A stretch of 64,000 nt of DNA, from contig CALDDQ010000011.1 of the NCBI GenBank assembly GCA_937936785.1, forward strand, positions 18,251 through 82,250. Direction: 5' to 3'. Positions 1 to 7,989 of this stretch are shown here, piece after piece. Both the position numbers and the translations under genes were made by a program. The stretch is from an uncultured Endomicrobiia bacterium. GTDB taxonomy: Bacteria > Elusimicrobiota > Endomicrobiia > DTEH01. The notes below the pieces were generated by a model. That model did no database searches, was not told where the DNA came from, and saw only the letters and a list, made by a program, of their open reading frames with translations. How positions within the stretch are numbered: the first letter of the stretch is position 1; the number at the start of each line of letters is the position of its first letter.

Positions 1-1518
1 CCGTTTATGAACCACAGATAATACATTTGGATAGTATAAAAATATGTATGGTATATCAGAATGTATTATCTTATGAATCTTTTTATAAATTTTTTTTCTT
101 TTTTCAAAATTAAACTCTGTTCTTCCCTGCTCTAATAATTTGTCAACTTCAGAATTGTTGTAAGAAACAAAATTATACTGACCCGGATTTGTTTGTTTTG
201 AATGCCAGATTAAATACTGGTCAGGATCACGACCTAAATTCCAACCTAATATTACCATATCAAAGTTTCTTTTATTAATATAATTATTTATGAACACCGA
301 CCATTCTATAACTTGTATTTCTATATCAATACCAACTTTTTTAAGTTGTGTCTGCAAAATCTCTGCTGTTAACTGACGCATTTTGTTACCTTGGTTTGTT
401 ATAAGATTAAATTTTAATTTTACAACTTTTTCTTTATTCCCTTCAACAATCTTCTTTGTTAGTATAGAATCCTTGTCCAAAGTTTCCCACCCGGACTGCG
501 ATAACAATTTTTTTGATAGTTCAGGATTATATTCAAAATCTACCACATCTTCATTATAAGCCCAGGATTGTGCTGGGAAAGGTCCTGTCGCCGATAAACC
601 TTTATTAAGCAATACACCTTTTATAATTTCATCTTTGTTTATTGCATGCGCAATTGCAAGACGGACATTTTTGTCTTTCAAAAAAATATTGTTAAGATTA
701 AATCCTATGTACGTATAAGAAAATGATGGATATTCAAATCTGTTGTAATAATGAAAAGATTTATTTCTAGATAATGACTGGTCCGGTGTTAAACTCATTG
801 AATCTATGCTTTTATTTAATAATTCTAAAAATTGAACACTCTGGTCTGGCACTATTTTAAAAACATATCTAGATATAAAAGGTTTTCCTTCAAAATAATC
901 GTTATTAGATACAAGTTCTATTTTTTCATCCGAAACCCATTTCACAAATTTGTATGGTCCAGTACCAATAGGAGCACGATTTGCCGGGTTTTTGTGAAAA
1001 TCGTATTTGTCAGTATCAAAAATGTGTTTTGGAATTATCTCTATACCCCAAGATTCTAACGCGGGAACAAAAGGTTTTTTGTATACGAATTTTATTGTAT
1101 GATCATTTATTATTTCACATTTTTCTATTAACAAAAAATCTGATGAATAGGGAGTTTTTATATTTGGATCTATGAGTTTTTCATATGTAAACTTTACATC
1201 ATCTGCAGTAAAATTTGTTCCATCATGCCATTTAACATTTTTTTTTAAATAAAAAATTATTTCTTTCCCGTTATTTTTTATTTCCCACCTGTCTGCAAGA
1301 TCGCCTGTTAAAACTAAATCTTTGTCATATTTTACAAGACCGTTATATATTAAAGAATTTATACTTGCAGAAGCAGAATCGCTTGCTAATACCGGATTTA
1401 AATATGAAGCATCTCCAAGCAAAACATCAATGAAAATGTCTCCGTAATCTTTTGCAAAAAGTGTAAAATAACAAGTTAAAAAAATTATGATTAAAATAAA
1501 ATATTTTTTCTTGCTCAT
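1..1518 (-). CDS. ABC transporter substrate-binding protein, family 5 (Opp/Dpp-type peptide/nickel binding); C-terminal end cut by window edge
   Basis: Absent from the ORF track because there is no stop inside the window. My minus-strand translation from the ATG at 1516-1518 reads MSKKKYFILIIIFLTCYFTLFAKDYGDIFIDVLLGDASYLNPVLASDSASASINSLIYNGLVKYDKDLVLTGDLADRWEIKNNGKEIIFYLKKNVKWHDGTNFTADDVKFTYEKL... This is a signal peptide followed by the typical SBP_bac_5 N-terminal region. The frame is open at the sampled middle (LAIAHAINKDEIIKGVLLNK) and to base 1 (...DIPYIFLYYPNVLSVVHKR). Confidence 0.85.
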   Translation of the reverse strand, partial: MSKKKYFILIIIFLTCYFTLFAKDYGDIFIDVLLGDASYLNPVLASDSASASINSLIYNGLVKYDKDLVLTGDLADRWEIKNNGKEIIFYLKKNVKWHDGTNFTADDVKFTYEKLIDPNIKTPYSSDFLLIEKCEIINDHTIKFVYKKPFVPALESWGIEIIPKHIFDTDKYDFHKNPANRAPIGTGPYKFVKWVSDEKIELVSNNDYFEGKPFISRYVFKIVPDQSVQFLELLNKSIDSMSLTPDQSLSRNKSFHYYNRFEYPSFSYTYIGFNLNNIFLKDKNVRLAIAHAINKDEIIKGVLLNKGLSATGPFPAQSWAYNEDVVDFEYNPELSKKLLSQSGWETLDKDSILTKKIVEGNKEKVVKLKFNLITNQGNKMRQLTAEILQTQLKKVGIDIEIQVIEWSVFINNYINKRNFDMVILGWNLGRDPDQYLIWHSKQTNPGQYNFVSYNNSEVDKLLEQGRTEFNFEKRKKIYKKIHKIIHSDIPYIFLYYPNVLSVVHKR

Positions 1519-1524
1519 TAAATA

Positions 1525-2847
1525 TTACTTCGGCAATAATTCTACTAAAATTCGTTCTTTTGAAAATGTTTTGTTTATTACTTTTCTTACTTCATCTAAA
1601 CTTATTTTATAAATTTCTTCTATATACCTTGCATCAAACTCATATCCTAAACCTATTATTTCCCAAAAACCTAAATACCAACCCTGCCTTAGAGATGTCT
1701 GATGATCTAACAAAAATCTTCCCTTTATTTTTAGTTTAACTTCTGCTAAATCTTTTTCATTAAAAATTTTGCCTGTTTTTAAATCATAAATTATTTTTTC
1801 AATTTCTTCTTTCGCAAGATTTATCCTAGATGCATCAAGACCTATATAAATTATAAAATGGCTCGTTAACAATTTTGTTGGATAAATACTGTTTGTTTCA
1901 TAACATAACGAATTTTCTTCTCTCAAAATTTGAAACAATTTACCACTCATCCCACCACCTAAATAACTGTTTAATATTTTCATCGACATATATTCTTTCA
2001 AAAAATCATAATTTAACGGTGCAGACAAATAACCATACATCAAATATCCCTGTTGAAATTTTTTATTTTTTGTTATAACTTTGTTTTTTATAACAGGTTC
2101 TTTATACTCTATATTTTTTATATTTGTTTTCTTTATTTTTGGGAAATACTTTTCTATCATACCTTTTGCTTCTTCAAACTTAATATCACCACATACTACA
2201 AAAACTATATTTTTATTTTTTTCATCAATACCATAAAATTTTTCCCAATGGTTTACTATATCTTTCCTTGAAATCTTTTTTATTGAATTTATATCTCCTA
2301 TATCTAATCTACCATATGGATGTTTATCATACATTTGCGGAAATAAATAATCTGAAGCAACACTGTGAATACTATCTTTTCTTGACATTATTGAGGCTAT
2401 AATGTTCATCTTTTCTTTTTTGATTTCTTCTTCTGGAAAAATAGGATTATAAAATATATCTGACAATATCTCTAACGATTTTTCAAAATTTTGTTTTGAT
2501 AACGAACAAGATAATGTTGCATAATCAGAACTTATGTCAGCACTTATGGAACCACCTAGATATTCTATCTGTTGTGAAATTTGTTCCGAAGAACGGTTTT
2601 TTGTGCCTTTAACTATTATTGTCTGAGTAAGATTTGCAACACCACTAAGTTTACCATCAGTTATAGAACCCATTTTAAGAAATATTAATGTACTAACTAC
2701 TGGAATACCAGTATTGTACTTATGAATAAAAGTTGCACCGTTGGATAAAATTTCTTTCCTAACATTTTTGGTAAAATTTGTTTCAGATAAACATAAGTTT
2801 TTGTTCATAAAAATTATTCCTAAAATTATTATAAATTTAAAAACCAT
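1525..2847 (-). CDS. M16 family peptidase-like protein, probably the non-catalytic partner (no HxxEH)
   Basis: 440-aa ORF with a signal-like N-terminus (MVFKFIIILGIIFMNKNLCLS) and an insulinase/PqqL-like two-domain layout. The position of the zinc motif reads ANLTQTIIVKGT, so HxxEH is absent. There is a 5-nt gap to the upstream M16 gene and a 6-nt gap to the downstream binding-protein gene. Confidence 0.75.
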   Translation of the reverse strand: MVFKFIIILGIIFMNKNLCLSETNFTKNVRKEILSNGATFIHKYNTGIPVVSTLIFLKMGSITDGKLSGVANLTQTIIVKGTKNRSSEQISQQIEYLGGSISADISSDYATLSCSLSKQNFEKSLEILSDIFYNPIFPEEEIKKEKMNIIASIMSRKDSIHSVASDYLFPQMYDKHPYGRLDIGDINSIKKISRKDIVNHWEKFYGIDEKNKNIVFVVCGDIKFEEAKGMIEKYFPKIKKTNIKNIEYKEPVIKNKVITKNKKFQQGYLMYGYLSAPLNYDFLKEYMSMKILNSYLGGGMSGKLFQILREENSLCYETNSIYPTKLLTSHFIIYIGLDASRINLAKEEIEKIIYDLKTGKIFNEKDLAEVKLKIKGRFLLDHQTSLRQGWYLGFWEIIGLGYEFDARYIEEIYKISLDEVRKVINKTFSKERILVELLPK

Positions 2848-2852
2848 AATTT

Positions 2853-4160
2853 TTAAGGTTCTAAAGCACTTATTACAAGATAATCCCCATATCGTGAAAC
2901 AAAATTTTTTATATCATCTGAATTAACCTGGTTAATTTTTTCTACATAAAGTTTTAGTTCGTCCAAAGATTTAAACATATACCACCAAGCAAAGTTTGAC
3001 GCTTGTGAATGAACTGTTTCGTTATCAAAATACCATCTTGTATTTATTATTTGTTTAGCTTTTATAAGTTCTTCTTCTGAAACACCATTTTGTTGAATTT
3101 TTTGTAATTCTTGTTTTGTTTCTTTTATTACTAAATCTAAATTTTTTTGTTCACAAATTCCTGAAATATAAAATATTGATGGACCCATTTGTACATAAAA
3201 ACCACTGCCTATTTCATATACTAACTGTTTTTGTTCACGAATATTTTTGTATAACCGAGAAGATCTTCCTTCTCCTAAAATTACTGATAAAACATCACCT
3301 GAATATTGAAAATCATCATCTATATTAGGACCTAAAAAACCAAACAAAAAATATGTCTGCTGAACATTGTGTTTATTTATTTCTACAACATCACTTTTTT
3401 TGTCTTCATAAATTTGTGGTACTGGAAAAATATTTTTTTCATCAACAATTTTTCCAAAATTGTCATTAATCAAAATTTCAATTTCTTTATCATCAAAATC
3501 GCCACATATACTTAAAACCATATTTTTTGGATTATAAAATGTTTTATAATATTTTATTATATCTTCTTTAGTAAAATTTCTAATATTTTTTTCATTGCCG
3601 ATAATTGTATACTTATAATTAGATTTAGTAAACAAAAGTTTGTTAAAATTTTCAAATAATACATTACCGGGATTATCCTTTGAACGTTTAATTTCTTCTA
3701 TCACAACATTTCGTTCTTTCTCAAGTTCATCATCCGGAAATATGGCTTCACTGACCAATTCTTTAAGAATTTTTATTGCATCAGATAAACCTTCTTTAGG
3801 AATGTCAGTAAAATACATTGTATATTCTTTCGAAGTTCCAGCATTTAATATTGCACCATAACTTTCTATTATTTTACTAATTTTACCTACATCATAATTT
3901 TTCGTACCTTTAAAAACTAAATGTTCTAAAAAATGCGAAATACCGTTGTTCGTGTCATCTTCAAACACAGAACCTGCCTTTACCCATACCTGAACAGAGA
4001 CTAAAGGTAAATTTGTAATTTTTTTAAGTATTACTGTGAGGTTGTTTTCTAATTTATAAATTTTAAAATCGTAACCAAAAATGTTCATATCAATCTTTTC
4101 TCCATAAATATTTGTACAAAAAATATATATTACTACAAATAAAAACCCGAATAATCGCAT
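2853..4160 (-). CDS. M16 family zinc peptidase (insulinase/PqqL-like), catalytic subunit
   Basis: The track ORF 2853-4211 begins at TTG. I prefer the ATG at 4160 because MRLFGFLFVVIYIFCTNIYG is a clean signal peptide; the ATG at 4205 is an alternative. The inverted zinc motif HxxEH is present (GISHFLEHLVFKG), with a downstream Glu (GTSKEYTMY). Confidence 0.85.
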   Translation of the reverse strand: MRLFGFLFVVIYIFCTNIYGEKIDMNIFGYDFKIYKLENNLTVILKKITNLPLVSVQVWVKAGSVFEDDTNNGISHFLEHLVFKGTKNYDVGKISKIIESYGAILNAGTSKEYTMYFTDIPKEGLSDAIKILKELVSEAIFPDDELEKERNVVIEEIKRSKDNPGNVLFENFNKLLFTKSNYKYTIIGNEKNIRNFTKEDIIKYYKTFYNPKNMVLSICGDFDDKEIEILINDNFGKIVDEKNIFPVPQIYEDKKSDVVEINKHNVQQTYFLFGFLGPNIDDDFQYSGDVLSVILGEGRSSRLYKNIREQKQLVYEIGSGFYVQMGPSIFYISGICEQKNLDLVIKETKQELQKIQQNGVSEEELIKAKQIINTRWYFDNETVHSQASNFAWWYMFKSLDELKLYVEKINQVNSDDIKNFVSRYGDYLVISALEP

Positions 4161-4254
4161 ATTAGTTGTTATCTTAATATAAAAAATATTCTTTATATTC
4201 AACATAAACAATGAATTATTGATAATAATACAATAATTTTATATATAATAAAAC

Positions 4255-5355
4255 ATGAAAAAAAAATTTTTTGTTTTATCAATAATTTTAAATCTAATTT
4301 TTGTTTTACCAGTATTTACAAAAAATAAATCCGACTCTTTTCTAAAAAAGGCACTCTGGTGGCAATTAGTTGATGAAAAACAAAAAATTATTCAATGTGA
4401 ACTTTGTCCAAGAGAATGTATCTTACAACCAAACCAAAGTGGATATTGCACAGCTAGAATTAATAAAGATGGAACTTTATATACTTTAACTTATAACAAA
4501 CCTGTATCTTTAGCAGTAGATCCTATAGAAAAAAAACCTGTGTTTCACATGCTCCCAGGAACAAAAAGTTTTTCGTTAGCAACTGCAGGATGTAATTTAA
4601 GGTGCATCCATTGCCAAAATTGGGAAATATCACAACGTCCACCGCAAACTATTCAAAGTTATAACTTTACTGCAGAACAAATTGTTAAAATGGCAAAAGA
4701 AAGTGGCGCAAGAAGTATTTCTTATACGTATACAGAACCAGTAATATTTTATGAATATATGTTAGACATTGCAAAACTTGCAAAAAAAGAAGGATTAAAA
4801 AATGTTATGGTCACTTCGGGTTATATAAATACTCCTCCTTTAGAAGAATTAGTAAAGTATATAGATGTGTTTAGGGTTGATTTAAAAGGTTTCTCGGAAG
4901 AATTTTACAAAAAACTTGCTTTAGGAAAATTACAACCTGTTCTTGAAACATTAAAGTTTGTAAAACAAAGAAATAGTTTTGTGGAAATTATAAATTTAAT
5001 AATTCCCACATTAAACGATAATCCAGATGAAATTAAAAAACTTTGTTTATGGGTAAAAGAAAATCTCGGTGATGAAACACCTATCTTTTTTAGCAGGTTT
5101 TATCCTATGCATAAACTTACTAATCTTCCACCAACACCAGTTGCAACTTTAGAACAAGCACATAAAATTGCTAAAGATATAGGATTAAAATACGTTTATA
5201 TCGGCAACGTTCCCGGACATCCATATGAAAATACTTTTTGTCCTAAATGTAATAATATTGTAATTGGAAGAATAGGTTATTCAATAACACAAAATAATCT
5301 AAAAAATGGAAAATGCAAATTCTGTGGTTATAAAATAGTTGGTATTTGGGAGTAA
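4255..5355 (+). CDS. AmmeMemoRadiSam-type radical SAM enzyme (PflA-like, COG1180 family) with hydrophobic N-terminal segment
   Basis: The radical-SAM CxxxCxxC motif is in ATAGCNLRCIHCQNWEISQ. The upstream Cys block (IIQCELCPRECILQPNQSGYCTARINKDGTLY) and DPIEKKPVFHMLPG match my memory of the AmmeMemoRadiSam family. There is a C-terminal CxxC...CxxC (FCPKCNN...KCKFCGY). The N-terminus is MKKKFFVLSIILNLIFVLPVFT. Confidence 0.75.
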   Translation: MKKKFFVLSIILNLIFVLPVFTKNKSDSFLKKALWWQLVDEKQKIIQCELCPRECILQPNQSGYCTARINKDGTLYTLTYNKPVSLAVDPIEKKPVFHMLPGTKSFSLATAGCNLRCIHCQNWEISQRPPQTIQSYNFTAEQIVKMAKESGARSISYTYTEPVIFYEYMLDIAKLAKKEGLKNVMVTSGYINTPPLEELVKYIDVFRVDLKGFSEEFYKKLALGKLQPVLETLKFVKQRNSFVEIINLIIPTLNDNPDEIKKLCLWVKENLGDETPIFFSRFYPMHKLTNLPPTPVATLEQAHKIAKDIGLKYVYIGNVPGHPYENTFCPKCNNIVIGRIGYSITQNNLKNGKCKFCGYKIVGIWE

Positions 5356-5389
5356 AAAATACTTACAAAAAAATTTTTTTTCTAACCAT

Positions 5390-5929
5390 CTAAACTTGAA
5401 TTAATTTTGATGAAACAAAAAATTTGTTTGACCCGATGTGATGAACCGTTTTTGCTTTCTGCGGGATTAAATAGTTATCATATAAATTTTTCTCAACTTC
5501 ACAATAAACAACTTTGCCAACAAACAATGTCACTCCACTAAAATCTTTTCTAAACCATAATTTTGTTTCAACAAAACCAACACAATTTTTCAAATGCACA
5601 GTATCAACTTTTTGTCCAAAATCATATTCTATATTAAATTCACTAAATTTATCACTCTTTATTCCTGAAATCTTACCTGTATCATTAACTATCTTTAACA
5701 TATCTACTGAAGGAACATTGATTACAAACTCTTTATATTTATTGATTAACTTAGCCGTATAATGTGATGATGCAACACAAATTATTACCATTGGTGGCTC
5801 GTCATTAAGCGGTGTTATCCACGCAACCGGAGATACATTCTTTATTTTTTTGTTCCCAGAAGTTATTAACACACAAGGACCATGGTTAATTAGTTTATAA
5901 TAATTTTCTACCTCTAAAACTTTTTTCAT
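5390..5929 (-). CDS. Flavin reductase-like (FMN-binding split-barrel) domain protein
   Basis: The track ORF starts at TTG 5977. The ATG at 5929 gives MKKVLEVENYYKLINHGPCVLITSGNKKIKNVSPVAWITPLNDEPPMVIICVASSHYTAKLI..., the usual flavin-reductase-domain pattern. Confidence 0.7.
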   Translation of the reverse strand: MKKVLEVENYYKLINHGPCVLITSGNKKIKNVSPVAWITPLNDEPPMVIICVASSHYTAKLINKYKEFVINVPSVDMLKIVNDTGKISGIKSDKFSEFNIEYDFGQKVDTVHLKNCVGFVETKLWFRKDFSGVTLFVGKVVYCEVEKNLYDNYLIPQKAKTVHHIGSNKFFVSSKLIQV

Positions 5930-6047
5930 AAGTTGTCTTATACATAAAATTAAAAAGGTCAAGCATATACTACACAAAATTTTACATTATAACTTACTAA
6001 AACTTATCCAATTCAGGTAATAATTTTGCTTGACCTTTATTTTTATC

Positions 6048-6347
6048 TTATTTATTTTTTCTTGCTAACGTTTCTGGTAACGAAATTGGCATTTTACCTT
6101 CTAAATCTGTTGCAGGTTGTGGTATCACATGCACAGCAACCAATTCACCAACTTTTTGTGCTGCAGCAGCACCTGCTTCACAACTTGCTCTACAAGCAGC
6201 TACTTCTCCTCTAAAAAGTACTGTCACTAACCCACTACCAATTTTTTCCCATCCAACCAATTTCACATTTGCTGCTTTTACTGCTGCATCTGCCGCTTCT
6301 ATTAATGCTATCAAACCTCTTGTTTCTATCATCCCTAACGCTTCCAT
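6048..6347 (-). CDS. Bacterial microcompartment shell protein, BMC-H (Pfam00936; PduA/EutM/CcmK-like)
   Basis: 99 aa: [76 protein letters not shown]... This is a textbook single-BMC-domain hexamer sequence. A strong SD (GGGAGGAAGG on the minus strand) precedes the ATG at 6347. Confidence 0.92.
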   Translation of the reverse strand: MEALGMIETRGLIALIEAADAAVKAANVKLVGWEKIGSGLVTVLFRGEVAACRASCEAGAAAAQKVGELVAVHVIPQPATDLEGKMPISLPETLARKNK

Positions 6348-6433
6348 TTTTCCTTCCTCCCTAAAAAATTTTATTTTTTTATATTAAATTTTTTTTAAAC
6401 TTTCAACTTTAAACTTTTTATTTTTAACCAAGC

Positions 6434-7090
6434 CTATTTTTTCCCAACAATAAAAATTTTTTCTCCGTTAGATACCAAAGCAGCATTTGCTTCATCTGTA
6501 TCTAAATGACATTCAGTAGCATAACTTGACGAAACTCTGCATATAACATCAGAAAAAATTGTTTCTCTACCTTGAGACGTGTCTCTTTTGCCTGTGCCAC
6601 ATAAGATTTTTACTATATCTTTATCATTTAATCCTAATTTTTTTGCATCTTGTGGGGTAAGATGTAAGTGTCTTTTTGCAACTATACATCCTTCTTTTAA
6701 ATCAACTCTACCTTTTGGACCGATAAAACTTATTCCTGCAGAACCTGCTAAATCACCTGATTCTCTAACAGGTGGTTTAATACCTAAAACAAAACTATCT
6801 GTTATAGAAATTTCTACCTGTGACTGTTTTCTTACAGGACCAATAATTCTTACATTATCAATTTGTCCTTTAGGACCTTGAATACTTATTGTTTCTTTAC
6901 AAGCAAACTGTCCCGGTTGCATTAAATCACGAATATTAGTTAACTTATACCCTGTTCCAAACAATAATTCTAAATCTTGTTGTGAAAGATGACAATGACG
7001 ATTTGAAACATTAACTATAATAGGAAATTCTTCAAACTTTATTCTTTCAATAACTTTTTTTGTTATTTCATCAACAATTTTTTCTTCCAT
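6434..7090 (-). CDS. pduL: Phosphate propanoyl/acyl-transferase PduL (BMC-associated phosphotransacylase)
   Basis: 218 aa with the duplicated PduL signature: VNVSNRHCHLSQQDLELLFG and IVAKRHLHLTPQDAKKLGL. A short amphipathic N-terminal extension (MEEKIVDEITKKVIERIKFEEF) precedes the first repeat. Confidence 0.88.
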   Translation of the reverse strand: MEEKIVDEITKKVIERIKFEEFPIIVNVSNRHCHLSQQDLELLFGTGYKLTNIRDLMQPGQFACKETISIQGPKGQIDNVRIIGPVRKQSQVEISITDSFVLGIKPPVRESGDLAGSAGISFIGPKGRVDLKEGCIVAKRHLHLTPQDAKKLGLNDKDIVKILCGTGKRDTSQGRETIFSDVICRVSSSYATECHLDTDEANAALVSNGEKIFIVGKK

Positions 7091-7159
7091 AATTATTCTC
7101 TTACTTAAAAACTATTACTACAAAAGACAAATTTAAACTTTTACATTTATGAATGTAAA

Positions 7160-7918
7160 CTAAATTTTATCATACATCACCAACTTATAAAAACTTTCTA
7201 CTTCTAACGAAGCACCACCTACAAGACCACCATCAACATCTTTTTGTGCCATTATTTCTTTAAAATTTTCTGGTTTTATTGATCCACCATACAAAATCCT
7301 AACTTTTTCAGAAGGTATAGAACCATAAATTTCAGCATATTTTTTACGAATAAACTCGTGCACTTCTTGTGCTTGTTGTGGAGTAGCATTTTTACCCGTA
7401 CCTATTGCCCAGACAGGTTCGTAAGCAATAACAATTTTTTCTGCATCTAAAGTACTAAGTTTTGACAACGAACCTTTTATTTGTTTGCCAATAACTTCTA
7501 AAGTTTTACCCTGTTCCCGTTCTTCTAAAGTTTCTCCTATACAAACAATTGGTATAATACCATATTTTAGTGCAACTAACATTTTTTGGTTTACAAAATC
7601 GTCTGTTTCTTTAAAATATTTTCTTCGTTCTGAATGTCCAAGAATAACATATGAACATCCAACATCTTTTAACATTAAAGGACTTATCTCGCCAGTAAAC
7701 GCACCTTTTTCTTCAACATACATATTTTCTGCACTAAGTTTTACATTTGTCCCTTTTAACATTTCACCTGCTACAAATAATAATGTATACGGCATTGCTA
7801 TAACTATTTCTTTATCGTAAACATCTTTTACTTTAGGTAAAAAATTGGTTATAAAATCTTTCCCTTCGGAAATTGTTTTATACATCTTCCAATTTGCTGC
7901 TATTATAGGTTTTCTCAT
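7160..7918 (-). CDS. tpiA: Triosephosphate isomerase
   Basis: 252 aa with AANWKM, GHSERR and AYEPVWAIGTGK motifs. Confidence 0.95.
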   Translation of the reverse strand: MRKPIIAANWKMYKTISEGKDFITNFLPKVKDVYDKEIVIAMPYTLLFVAGEMLKGTNVKLSAENMYVEEKGAFTGEISPLMLKDVGCSYVILGHSERRKYFKETDDFVNQKMLVALKYGIIPIVCIGETLEEREQGKTLEVIGKQIKGSLSKLSTLDAEKIVIAYEPVWAIGTGKNATPQQAQEVHEFIRKKYAEIYGSIPSEKVRILYGGSIKPENFKEIMAQKDVDGGLVGGASLEVESFYKLVMYDKI

Positions 7919-7989
7919 AAAATATTACTCCTTTATTGTTTTAAATATAATATATTATGTTTTTTTATAATATTCAATATTTACTCTAT

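Noticed and set aside
2853-4211. N-terminal extensions produced by the longest-ORF rule, often from TTG starts: 4211, 5977, 13740, 28532, 36104, 39008, 53485 and 55803.
   Set aside because: In each case a downstream ATG gives a canonical N-terminus (signal peptide, lipobox or conserved family start). In three cases (13806, 53440, 55686) it is also preceded by a clear SD. The extensions are AT-driven low-complexity sequence.
4161-5389. The radical SAM gene plus the active/inactive M16 pair, considered as a RiPP biosynthetic cluster of the subtilosin Alb type.
   Set aside because: There is no candidate precursor-peptide ORF in the short flanking gaps. The radical SAM protein is of the AmmeMemoRadiSam/PflA-like type and has no SPASM-like domain. 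The peptidases carry signal peptides and are co-transcribed with a peptide-binding protein, which fits nutrition better.
6048-6347. Locally elevated GC in the BMC-H gene, considered as evidence of recent horizontal transfer.
   Set aside because: The protein is extremely Ala/Gly/Val-rich and highly conserved, which forces GC-rich codons. Third positions still look A/T-biased (GCA/GCT, GGT). No mobile-element features flank the gene.
7140-7159. The hairpin TTTACATT-TATG-AATGTAAA directly after the tpiA stop, considered as a terminator.
   Set aside because: It has eight base pairs with a single G-C pair and no U-tract on the coding strand. It is too weak to call a terminator, so I mention it only as context.
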